Shown here: piece by piece, positions 21,156 through 30,525 of the stretch
Position numbering within the stretch: the stretch's first letter is position 1
How the letters are laid out: each line of letters starts with the position of its first letter
Assembly: GCA_963797095.1 (NCBI GenBank)
Contig: CAWCNY010000002.1
Coordinates: 1,216,001 to 1,280,000 of the forward strand
Direction: 5' to 3'
Source of the DNA: an uncultured Chloroflexia bacterium
GTDB taxonomy: Bacteria; Chloroflexota; Chloroflexia; QHBQ01; JADMIH01
DNA length: 64,000 nt
Made by a program: the position numbers and the translations under genes
The notes under the pieces: model-generated
Told to the model about the DNA's origin: nothing
Database searches by the model: none
The model's input: the letters and a program-made list of their open reading frames with translations, nothing else

Positions 21156-21845
21156 ATGGAAAACTTGAGAGTCCTTGCGGTGTCCGACGTTGTACAGCCG
21201 AGACTCTACAACAACAGCATCACCTCATGGCTTCCCCATATAGACCTGCTCATCAGTTGCGGTGACCTGCCCCCCTACTACCTCGACTTCCTGGTCAGCA
21301 AAATCAACGTACCCATGTTCCACGTTATAGGCAATCATTGCTATGTCACTCACGACGCCGTCAGTAATCGCTGCTCCCCAGCCGACTACCCTGGCTTGCG
21401 CAACCTCAACGGCAGATTGACCGAGTACATGGGCCTCCTCATGGGTGGCATTGAGGGCAGCCCCGTCTACAGCAAAGGCCCCCACCAGTACACCGAGCAG
21501 GCAGTCGAGCTAAATCTCCTCAGGATGGTGCCCGGCCTCGCCCACAATAAGGTGCGCACCAGCCGTTATCTTGATATACTGGTATCACATGCACCGCCAA
21601 GAGGTATCCATGATAACCCTGACCCGGCTCACAGAGGCTGGGCCTCCCTTCTCCCTTTCATTGATCGTTTCAAACCCGCCGTTCTGTTGCATGGCCACAC
21701 CCATCGCTACGATCCGTTACTTCCAATGCGCACGAGGCGTGGTCCCACCGAAATAATCAACGCCTACGGCCACGTTCTCCTTGAGTTTGCTAGAGACGAA
21801 GCCTCCCTACCCTGGCAACTGGCAAGCTCATCCCTACGGAGTTGA
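21156..21845 (+). CDS. Metallophosphoesterase (Icc-like)
   Basis: AVSD, CGDL, GNH, SHAPP, HGHTH. Confidence 0.88.
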   Translation: MENLRVLAVSDVVQPRLYNNSITSWLPHIDLLISCGDLPPYYLDFLVSKINVPMFHVIGNHCYVTHDAVSNRCSPADYPGLRNLNGRLTEYMGLLMGGIEGSPVYSKGPHQYTEQAVELNLLRMVPGLAHNKVRTSRYLDILVSHAPPRGIHDNPDPAHRGWASLLPFIDRFKPAVLLHGHTHRYDPLLPMRTRRGPTEIINAYGHVLLEFARDEASLPWQLASSSLRS

Positions 21846-21852
21846 CTGATCA

Positions 21853-22890
21853 ATGGACGATGCTAACAGGTACGACACCCCGCTTGCCCAACGCGCCGCT
21901 GCCGACTTCGAACGCGCGCGCTTCAAAGCCTTTCTCAACGATCTAGTCGCGGGCCTATCTCGCCGCCCCAACTGGCTCCTCGCTTTCGAGGAAGTCCAGC
22001 GCGCCATCCCGATCAAAGGCCAGTCCTACAGGGGTATGCACAACGTCCCTGTTGCCTCCATCGTGGGCAGCGTCGACCGCTACCACGACTTCAATCGCGC
22101 CTTCCTCCCCACTCAGACCCGCACCCGCTCGCGCTGGGAGAGCGTGGACCGCGCCAACCTCAGCGACGTGATCCTGCCCCCTGTCCAGCTTTACAAGGTG
22201 GGTGATGTCTATTTTGTCAAGGACGGCAACCATCGTGTGTCGGTGGCCCGCGAAAGAGGGGCCGAGTTCATAGACGCCGAGGTGATCGAGCTAACAACCG
22301 CTGTGCCCCTTACCCCCGACACCGACCCCCGCGACCTCCTAAAGATGGGAGAGTATGCTCGCTTCCTCAGTGCTACCCAACTCGATGAGCTCAGGCCCGG
22401 TGTTCATATAGACTTCAGCAGCCTGGGCCGCTACGACGACCTCCTGGAACACATCTCCGCCCACCGCTGGTACATGGGCATCGAGCAGAACCGCCCCATA
22501 GAGTGGCAGGAAGCCGTCCTCGATTGGTACGACAACATCTACCTCCCTCTAGCCAGTATCATCGAGCGTACCGGCATCCTCAAGGAATTCCCCGGTCGCA
22601 CGGTTGGCGACCTCTACCTCTGGATCATGGACCACCGCTGGTATCTACGCGAGGAGAGTGGCGAAGATATCGGCATGGAGACCGCTGCCCTTCGCTACAC
22701 CGAGACTTACGGCTCGTGGACCCGCCGCGTTATTCGCTATCTTCGCAAGCTAAGGCAGGCTGCTACCCGTCCCCTGGTAATCACAGCCCAAACCATCGCC
22801 CGCGCCCTCGGCGCAGCCCCCAGAGACCCCCAACCAACAAACCACGACCAAAATACAACCCCCGACACCCACACCAACACAGACGCATAA
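21853..22890 (+). CDS. ParB-like N-terminal domain + DUF4032-like protein
   Basis: IVGSVDRY, PPVQLYKVGDVYFVKDGNHRVSVA (ParB/Srx box); LLEHISAHRWY; DLYLWIMDHRWYL. Confidence 0.75.
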   Translation: MDDANRYDTPLAQRAAADFERARFKAFLNDLVAGLSRRPNWLLAFEEVQRAIPIKGQSYRGMHNVPVASIVGSVDRYHDFNRAFLPTQTRTRSRWESVDRANLSDVILPPVQLYKVGDVYFVKDGNHRVSVARERGAEFIDAEVIELTTAVPLTPDTDPRDLLKMGEYARFLSATQLDELRPGVHIDFSSLGRYDDLLEHISAHRWYMGIEQNRPIEWQEAVLDWYDNIYLPLASIIERTGILKEFPGRTVGDLYLWIMDHRWYLREESGEDIGMETAALRYTETYGSWTRRVIRYLRKLRQAATRPLVITAQTIARALGAAPRDPQPTNHDQNTTPDTHTNTDA

Positions 22891-22893
22891 CCC

Positions 22894-23901
22894 CTAGTCA
22901 CTCGTCACTCGCCACTCGCCACTCGCCACTCGCCACTCGCCACTCGTCCTGACCAGATTAGCCCACCCCTTATAGTCCCTGAATCCCACGCTCTCATACA
23001 GCGCGATTGCGTTGCTGTTCTTCCCCTCTACCGACAGTTCCACTACCGGCACTTCCATCCGCAAATATTCCACCCCCATCACCAGCAGCGCGCGCCCTAT
23101 TCCCCTCCCCCTGTACTCCGGCATCGTACCAAGCGAGTTGATATGCCCAACTCCTACCCCGCGCCTCTCACACTCCTCAGGGTGTATCGCCGTGAAACAG
23201 AACCCCGCGACCTTCTCGCCCTCGAACGCGAAAAACAGTCCCTCGGGTCGAAAATCCGGCTCCTTCGTGACAGCCGTCATTTCCTCCAGCGTGCGCTGAA
23301 CAGACCCGTAATGCTCGGCGAAAGTCGCATTACGCACCTGCATAAATAGCTCCTCATCCTCTCCCGGCACGAATGTCCTCACACTGAATCCCTCCGGTAG
23401 CACCGGCTCCTCCCTCACCTCAACCTCGGCAGGCAATTGCAGATCCCAAAAATATCGATCCAGTTCGTAGCCCCGCCTCTCAAGGAAATCGATCAACAGA
23501 TTGGCGTTCTTATTAGGGGTCATGACCGGTAGCGGCAGGCCGTTCTCGGCTATGTAATCCATCAAAGCCTTATAGAGCGCATTGCCGATCCCGCGCAGCC
23601 TGTAATCCGGGTGCACATGTATCCAGCCCCAGGCGTGCTCGCTGCCGGGACTGTGGCTGTAGTCACCCGCCCCTACCAACCTGGAAGCGCCATCACTTTC
23701 CATAGAGGCCAGCAGAATATGCCCTGTATTGAGAGGGCTATGGAACCAGCGCAACATCTCCTCGGCGCTTGTGCCCTCCACTGCGTCCGGCTCTAGCTCC
23801 GCGCATTCACTCGTAAACCGCGCCACCTCCGGTATATCCCCTTCCTCCATCCATCGAATTGTCAATCCCGGTACTGCGCTCTCTTTCTTCGCGGTTTCCA
23901 T
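22894..23901 (-). CDS. Tandem GNAT acetyltransferase (MshD-like)
   Basis: Two acetyl-CoA motifs, VHPDYRLRGIG and PEYRGRGIGRAL; C-terminus runs into a heptamer repeat. Confidence 0.88.
   Translation of the reverse strand: METAKKESAVPGLTIRWMEEGDIPEVARFTSECAELEPDAVEGTSAEEMLRWFHSPLNTGHILLASMESDGASRLVGAGDYSHSPGSEHAWGWIHVHPDYRLRGIGNALYKALMDYIAENGLPLPVMTPNKNANLLIDFLERRGYELDRYFWDLQLPAEVEVREEPVLPEGFSVRTFVPGEDEELFMQVRNATFAEHYGSVQRTLEEMTAVTKEPDFRPEGLFFAFEGEKVAGFCFTAIHPEECERRGVGVGHINSLGTMPEYRGRGIGRALLVMGVEYLRMEVPVVELSVEGKNSNAIALYESVGFRDYKGWANLVRTSGEWRVASGEWRVTSD
22897..22948. repeat. Heptamer tandem repeat (CACTCG[C/T])n
   Basis: About 7 units; related arrays at 6084-6120 and 35722-35764. Confidence 0.9.
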
Positions 23902-24213
23902 CAATGTCGCCTCCCCTTCAAGATTATTCAAGTCATTCTACCAACCGCACTGCTCGCCGCGCATCGTCCAAACGCCCTATTTCTTCGCACACTGACCACG
24001 TTCGCCGCTCCTCCAACGATCTTGATCCCTGTCGGAATTTCCTTACAATTTCCCCGAATCCCACAACCTTACCCCACCTTTTTGCGTACTATTTCTATGT
24101 GACAATCAGACTAAAGTCCCATATCCGCTCTTTGTGAAATCCCGTACAATAGTTTGGATACATTAGACAGCCCTACAAAAGAACGGTACAACAGGTCTTG
24201 GAGGTAGAACCTA

Positions 24214-27200
24214 ATGCACGTAATCACCCGGTTCTCTCTTAAGAGAGCCTCAGTAGTAATCATGCTTGCCGTACTGGTCATCGCCAGTGGCCTTTATTCC
24301 GCGGGCCAGCTTAAAAGCGAGCTTTTGCCCGATATCGCCCTTCCTGTGGTCAGCGTCATTTCGATCTATCCCGGCGCTGCCCCCGATGATGTTCGCCGCG
24401 ACGTAACCGAGCCTATCGAAAAGGCTATCGCGGGCACCCCCAACCTCAAGAACCTCAACTCGACTTCGAACGACAGCGTCTCCTTCGTCTCTGCCGAGTA
24501 CGAATACGGCACCGACATGGAGAAGACCGAGAAAACCGTCGAAGACCTGGTGAACAACCTCACCCTCCCCAGCCAGGTGCAGAACCCAACAGTTGGCCGC
24601 TTCTCCTTCCAGGACATCCCTGTGCTGGCCTACACAGTCAATACCTCCGAAGCAGGTGAGGATGCCCTCGCCAACTTGCGCCGTGCTCTCGAAGACAAAC
24701 TCGTTCCTGAGCTAAAAGCCATCCAGGGCGTCAACTCGGTCAGTCTCTCAGGTGGCGGCACTCGTGAGGTCCAGGTCACTTTCAGCGACAAAAAGCTGAC
24801 CGATAACGGCCTCACATCCTCCGGTGTGATCGGCGTCCTCCAGGCCAACAACATCTCCTTCCCCACAGGCGAGGTCGTCAAGGACGGCCAGACCTTCCCC
24901 GTGCGCGTCACCAACCAGTTCACCTCCGTTGACGACCTCAAGAACGTCGTCGTAAAACCTTCCGTCCCCAAAGCCGCCACAGGCACAGGCGCTCCGGGTT
25001 CGCAAGGCAATCAGCAAGGCTCGCAGGGCACCCAGGACAATTCATCCGAAATGCTCCCTGCCGTCACCCTCGGTGAGGTGGCTGATGTGGCCCTCATCAA
25101 CTCCAGCGGCAACTCCATAAGCCGCTCCAACGGCAAGCCCAGCCTCGCCGTCACCATTTACAAAACCCAGAACGCTAACACAGTGCAGGTTGCCGATGCC
25201 GTTAGCGCTGTGATGAACAACGTGCCGACCCTCGTCCCCGGCGCTGAAAAAGAGGTCCTCTTCGACCAGTCAACCTTCATCAAAGAGTCCCTTGACGGCC
25301 TAATCCGCGAGGGCCTTCTGGGCGCGATCCTGGCGATCATCGTCATCCTCATCTTCCTCGCCAGTCTCAAGTCCACCCTCGTCACCGCCGTCTCCATCCC
25401 CCTCTCCGTGCTCATCGCCCTCACCATGTTCAACGTGCTAGGCATTACCCTCAATATCATGAGCCTGGCGGGCCTGGCGGTCGCCATCGGGCGTGTCGTA
25501 GACAACTCGATAGTGGTCCTCGAAAACATCTACCGCCACCACTTCCAGCGCGGTGAACCCCTTCGCGAGGCCGCCTTCAGCGGCACCAAAGAGGTGGCAA
25601 CCGCCATCACCGCCTCCACCATCACCACTGTCTGTGTCTTCCTGCCTCTTGGTCTCCTGGCCGGCCTCGTCAGCGAGTTCTTCCGGCCCTTCGCCCTCGC
25701 CGTAACCGTGTCCCTTCTCGCCTCGTTGCTGGTGGCTCTCACGGTCATACCGGTGCTGGCGGCCTTCTTCCTGCGCACCGGCAGAGCCACCAACCCTGTA
25801 ACCCGCGCCATCTCTGTCCCCTTCAACTCCATCGGCGATGCCTTCCGCCGTATCTTCAAGGTCAAAAAACTAGACCCAAAACGCTTCCTGAACGAAGAAG
25901 AAGAGCGCGAGACCTGGGTGCAGCGCCTCTACGCTCCCGCCATCAAGTTCGCTCTCAGAAACACCCGGACCAAACTGGGCGTGCTCGGCGTCTCCCTCCT
26001 GCTCTTTGCTGCTTCAATTGCCATTCCCGCCTTCGGCCTGATCGGCACCTCCTTCATCAGCTTCGGTAGCGACAAAGTGCTCCAGGCCGAATTCGAAATG
26101 GCCCCCGGCACCGACCTCGCCACCACCGACAAAGCCTCCCAGGCCATCGAGGCCGGGCTTCAGAACCACCCCACCATCCTCAACTACCAGGCCAACATCG
26201 GTAGCGACTCCGATAGCGCATCGGTTGGCCTGGGTGGTTCGCTCGGCAACGCCTCCACCGGACGCCTCACCGTCACTCTCCAGCGCGACGCCGATCTAAA
26301 AGCCGAAGCCGCCTGGCTGCACGATCTGATCGCGAGCAAACAATCCGACCTCAAGATCGAGGACTTCAGCGTCACCCAGGGCACCGGCGCAGGCCCAGGC
26401 AGCAGCGCCTTCTCGGTCGTTGTCTCAGGCAACAACTACGACGATGTGCTCAAGGCCAGCGACGCGTTGGTAGCCTCCTTCAAGAACATCAAAGACCTCG
26501 ATAACGTCGCCAGCAACGCCGCCCGCGCCAAGTCTGAGATCCGCGTCAAAGTGGACCCGGCCAAAGCTCTCGCCCACGGCTCTACCACCATTCAGATCGC
26601 GAGCCAGATTCGCGGCCTCCTTACCAGCCAGGACGTGACCCAGGTCACCATCGACGGCCAGACCTACGACGTGACCGCCGTCTACGACAAGTCCACCCTC
26701 AACGACATCGATGCTATTCGCAATATCAAAGTTGGCGCTGTCAACCCCGTGGCCCTCTCCGAGGTGGCCGATGTTGCTATGGTCGATGGCCCCGTCTCCG
26801 TCACCCGCGTGAACCAGGAGCGCTCCATCACCGTCAGCGGCACCATCAACAGCGACAGCACCTCCGGTGTCACCTTCGCGGCCCAGGAAGCCATTGATGC
26901 GCTCAATCCTCCCGCCGGAGTCACAGTCAGCATCGCGGGCGTGTCGGCCCAGCAGTCCGAAGCATTCGGCCAGATGGGTGTGGCCCTTGTGATCGCCATC
27001 GTCCTCGTTTACCTGGTGATGGTGCTCACCTTCGGCTCTCTCTCCACACCCTTCGTGATCATGTTCTCGATCCCGCTGGCCGCCATCGGCTCCATAGTGG
27101 CCCTCTTCGTTACCGGCAGGCCCCTCGGCGTCAGCTCCCTTATCGGCGTCCTTATGCTGGTAGGCATCGTAGTCACCAACGCCATCGTCTTGCTCGACCT

Positions 27201-27579
27201 TGTTGAGCAGTTGAAGGCGCGTGGTATGTCCACCACCGATGCCCTCATCCGTGGCGGCAAGACCCGCGTGCGCCCCATCCTTATGACCGCCGTCGCCACC
27301 ATGATCGCCCTCCTTCCCCTGGTGCTCGGCTTCAGCGAAGGCTCCATCATCGCCTCCGAGCTTGGCACCGTCGTGGTGGGCGGCCTCTTCACCTCCACCT
27401 TCCTCACCCTCATAGTCGTGCCGGTCGTCTACAGCCTCCTCAACTCCCTCCGCACCCGCTTTGGCGGTCACAGCGAACAGGAACCTGACGATGCAACTGC
27501 TGACTCTATACCCCACAATGGCGTAGAGCACACCACCGGTTTCCTCGGCGACAAGACCGGCCCTTTGAGCGCGATCTAG
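24214..27579 (+). CDS. RND efflux transporter (AcrB/SwrC-like)
   Basis: GRVVDNSIVVLENI, GIVVTNAIVL, RVRPILMTA. Confidence 0.95.
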   Translation: MHVITRFSLKRASVVIMLAVLVIASGLYSAGQLKSELLPDIALPVVSVISIYPGAAPDDVRRDVTEPIEKAIAGTPNLKNLNSTSNDSVSFVSAEYEYGTDMEKTEKTVEDLVNNLTLPSQVQNPTVGRFSFQDIPVLAYTVNTSEAGEDALANLRRALEDKLVPELKAIQGVNSVSLSGGGTREVQVTFSDKKLTDNGLTSSGVIGVLQANNISFPTGEVVKDGQTFPVRVTNQFTSVDDLKNVVVKPSVPKAATGTGAPGSQGNQQGSQGTQDNSSEMLPAVTLGEVADVALINSSGNSISRSNGKPSLAVTIYKTQNANTVQVADAVSAVMNNVPTLVPGAEKEVLFDQSTFIKESLDGLIREGLLGAILAIIVILIFLASLKSTLVTAVSIPLSVLIALTMFNVLGITLNIMSLAGLAVAIGRVVDNSIVVLENIYRHHFQRGEPLREAAFSGTKEVATAITASTITTVCVFLPLGLLAGLVSEFFRPFALAVTVSLLASLLVALTVIPVLAAFFLRTGRATNPVTRAISVPFNSIGDAFRRIFKVKKLDPKRFLNEEEERETWVQRLYAPAIKFALRNTRTKLGVLGVSLLLFAASIAIPAFGLIGTSFISFGSDKVLQAEFEMAPGTDLATTDKASQAIEAGLQNHPTILNYQANIGSDSDSASVGLGGSLGNASTGRLTVTLQRDADLKAEAAWLHDLIASKQSDLKIEDFSVTQGTGAGPGSSAFSVVVSGNNYDDVLKASDALVASFKNIKDLDNVASNAARAKSEIRVKVDPAKALAHGSTTIQIASQIRGLLTSQDVTQVTIDGQTYDVTAVYDKSTLNDIDAIRNIKVGAVNPVALSEVADVAMVDGPVSVTRVNQERSITVSGTINSDSTSGVTFAAQEAIDALNPPAGVTVSIAGVSAQQSEAFGQMGVALVIAIVLVYLVMVLTFGSLSTPFVIMFSIPLAAIGSIVALFVTGRPLGVSSLIGVLMLVGIVVTNAIVLLDLVEQLKARGMSTTDALIRGGKTRVRPILMTAVATMIALLPLVLGFSEGSIIASELGTVVVGGLFTSTFLTLIVVPVVYSLLNSLRTRFGGHSEQEPDDATADSIPHNGVEHTTGFLGDKTGPLSAI

Positions 27580-27605
27580 TCAAGCCACCAACACAAAACA
27601 AAGCA

Positions 27606-27634
27606 AAACGACCGTGCCCAGCGCACGGTCGTTT
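27606..27634. terminator. Bidirectional terminator
   Basis: AAACGACCGTGC/GCACGGTCGTTT between convergent genes. Confidence 0.75.
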
Positions 27635-27655
27635 GTCTATCTGAAGGTGTGGGGT

Positions 27656-28036
27656 CTAGGCGGGCTGGCCGAAAGCTTTCTTCACATCCGGGGTCATCAG
27701 GTAGTAGATGATGATACCGGAGATGATCACCTGGATGATCAAGCTTCCGATATTAGACCATCCCAGGATCAGGTAGAGGATGTTCAGGACTACGTTGACC
27801 GCTTGGATACCGAGGCCCAGCATCCACGCCCAGGGCTGCAATGTCCACGCCCCATAAGCGAATGCCAGATCCGCTATCGCCAGTACCAGCGCTATAATCC
27901 CGAATATGGCTCCGGCGGCGCCCGCTGTTGATAGTGCAAATAAGGCTAGCGCGCCCACGAGGCCGAACAGTCCACCAATAGCCGCCAGTACAGCAAGGAT
28001 CGTGATGCCCAGCGGACGTTGCGATGTTTGTTGCAT
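27656..28036 (-). CDS. Small 4-TM membrane protein
   Basis: RPLGITILAVL...YYLMTPDVKKAF pattern; GAGGGG RBS. Confidence 0.8.
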   Translation of the reverse strand: MQQTSQRPLGITILAVLAAIGGLFGLVGALALFALSTAGAAGAIFGIIALVLAIADLAFAYGAWTLQPWAWMLGLGIQAVNVVLNILYLILGWSNIGSLIIQVIISGIIIYYLMTPDVKKAFGQPA

Positions 28037-28295
28037 TTGTATTTACCCCTCCCTATACAAATTCGTTGGTGCTTTGGATATCCGCGCCAGGGAAATAGAA
28101 CGCAAGAGCGCGAGGTATATAAGCGCTCCCTTGCACATCCCTCGTGCCGGAGAGTATACGACAGGTTAGGCACGCGAGTCAATACTTTTCCACCACATTT
28201 TAGGGCATACTTACATCCTCTTTTCATTTAACCCTCAATACCCGTTAGCTGTCACTTCTTGTAACCCCTCCAGGAAAGCCGCCCAACTCAGCTTG

Positions 28296-28321
28296 TCATC
28301 CTGAACGAAGTGAGGGATCTC
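28296..28321. repeat. REP-like element GTCATCCTGAACGAAGTGAGGGATCT
   Basis: Related copies at about 35613 and 36203. Confidence 0.65.
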
Positions 28322-28439
28322 GATCTCCAAGATCCCACTTCGGGAGCGCGCCAGGCCCAAGAGTGTATGAGTTGGACAAGATCCTAGACACACCTCTTAG
28401 TCGAGCCTTACAAGTAGCTGTCCAGATCGCAATCGACTT

Positions 28440-28463
28440 GTAGGGGCGAGGCATGCCTCGCCC
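28440..28463 (+). repeat. GTAG-class REP palindrome
   Basis: GTAG followed by the perfect palindrome GGGCGAGGCATGCCTCGCCC. Confidence 0.7.
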
Positions 28464-28496
28464 TGTGTGGCCTCAACGCCTAGATCCTGAAAGTGC

Positions 28497-28892
28497 TCAG
28501 TCAAGAAGCCAGGATCCGGACAGCCATAACCAGGAGAAGAGTATGCCGCACCCCAAAAGCAAGAACACTCCCAACGCATTCAACAAATATCGGCGATACT
28601 TCCTGGCTTGCTCCCTGTCCCTCAGTGCGCGCACCAGGAACACACTGCTAATCACTACAAACTCCGCCTCGAACACCAAACCCACAGTAATAGATCCCGA
28701 TGATCCACCTCCGAAATAGAACGAGGCGGCAATCTCCCGGCAAGTAGCATAAATACTGAGCACTCCTGCTCCCAGGCAGATCAAGTACACGGCAACGAGC
28801 CAGCGTACCTCCCATGCCTTCCCTGTCGTCCTTTCCTGTGCTCTCTCAGCCATCCTTCCTACCCTGGCGGCCTTCACATGGTCTCGCATCAA
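28497..28892 (-). CDS. Hypothetical 3-TM membrane protein
   Basis: Three hydrophobic segments; no recognisable motif. Confidence 0.45.
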   Translation of the reverse strand: MMRDHVKAARVGRMAERAQERTTGKAWEVRWLVAVYLICLGAGVLSIYATCREIAASFYFGGGSSGSITVGLVFEAEFVVISSVFLVRALRDREQARKYRRYLLNALGVFLLLGCGILFSWLWLSGSWLLD

Positions 28893-30293
28893 AGTGCGCT
28901 GCCAGCGGGCGGCCCCTTAACGTGCCTGCCACCCACAGCGTGCCGGTAGGCGACACCTCGCTCGCGTTCAGCCCATCATCTATCCCTAACCCGCCTGCGG
29001 GGCGCGGCTCTCCTACTCTCGGACTTGCCACCACCTCCCACTTGCTTCCATCCCAATACTGAACAAGGGTCTCTCCTGTGTAATCCTGGCTCAATTCGCC
29101 AATTCCCACAGTCCACACGCGGTTCGCCCCATCTACTGATATCCCATCTACTGATATATCGTTTAGCCACCCGTCCCCTTGGCGGCCCGTGATCTCGACT
29201 TCCTGCCAATGCTCGCCGTTCCAGTGCTCGGCATACGTCTGGCCTGCCTCACTGGCCGTCCCCGAACAAGTGCCTAGCGCCCACACATCATCTTAGTTCT
29301 TGCCCGCCACGCTTAGTAAGATTGGTCCATAATGCACTTCGTAGTCTTGGCCCGGTCCAACATAGCTACACACAGTCTCCGTTTGCACGTTCTTCCACCT
29401 AACCCCGTCCCAATGCATTGCCAAATCTTTGCCGTTCCGATTGTAGCTACGGTCTTCCAAACTACCCACTACCCATACATCATTCACAGATATCGCTACT
29501 ACATCTTCTGGTCCCCCCATATTTGCTCATTTTGCGCCTTGTCTGCATCGCTGATCAATGGGGTAGTAACCGACGCCCATTCCTTGCCATCCCAATGCAG
29601 AATTACTGGATTGAATGTGGATCCTCCTACCGCCCGGATGTCTGTAGCCGACACCGCGCTAATTGCTCTCAGCTTGCCACTCTTGGGAGGAGCGTTGACA
29701 AACTTCCATTCCTTGCCATCCCAATGTTCAATCAGGGCTCGTGTTATGTTGATACCGCCGACGGCCCATACATCGTTCTTTGAAAGTGCCACCACGTCCT
29801 CGAAATCATACCTATACCTATCGACCTCGTAACCCGTCTCGACCTCGTAATCCGTCACCTCAGGCTTTGCCACCGGCACATGCCTCAATTCCTTCCCATC
29901 CCAATGCGCTATCACTCCCTCCGAATCCGAAAAATAGCATAGGGTATATCTACACTCACTTTTGCCCACAAACCACACGTCATCGTCGGCAAGTGCCGTC
30001 ACTCCATAGAAAGCTGCCGACTCTGCGTAAATCTGCAAGCTGCTCTCGTCAAGCGTAGTCCACATTCCGCATACACCACCCGCCTCCGCATCGCTGACCA
30101 CCTTCACATCTGGCATGTTCAGTACCGAAAGTGGGTCGTGATGTCCCCAAACCAAATCCAGGATCCCCTGTCTGAAAATAGTAGCCACGACCCCTCCCAA
30201 CAAAGGCAACACCGGCACCAGCGTGACCACTTGTGCTGCATTTGGTTGCCCATACTTTCCTATCTTGGTTTGCTTGGCATCTCCGTTCTTCAC
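28846..30293 (-). pseudogene. Fragmented beta-propeller-like repeat protein (DVWAVG...HWDG..W repeats)
   Basis: The same repeat continues across three ORFs: frameshift near 29515 and an in-frame TAA at 29293-29295. Confidence 0.7.
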
Positions 30294-30525
30294 AATGAAA
30301 TTATAGCACCCAATTTTATCTTCTTTCTCTTTGGTTTGGTGCTGAGCAAATCACACCAAACTTCGTGCCCTTCGCCCTTCTTCGTATCTTCGTGTACATA
30401 GGAACGCCCACCTTGAGCACAGCCCCATCTGTATGCTATAACTGAGCTACCATCCCGGCCTACCTCTTGCTATACCTTTACCATCACCGCTGCCCGTAAT
30501 CAAGCCCACCAGAGGTTGATCGCCC

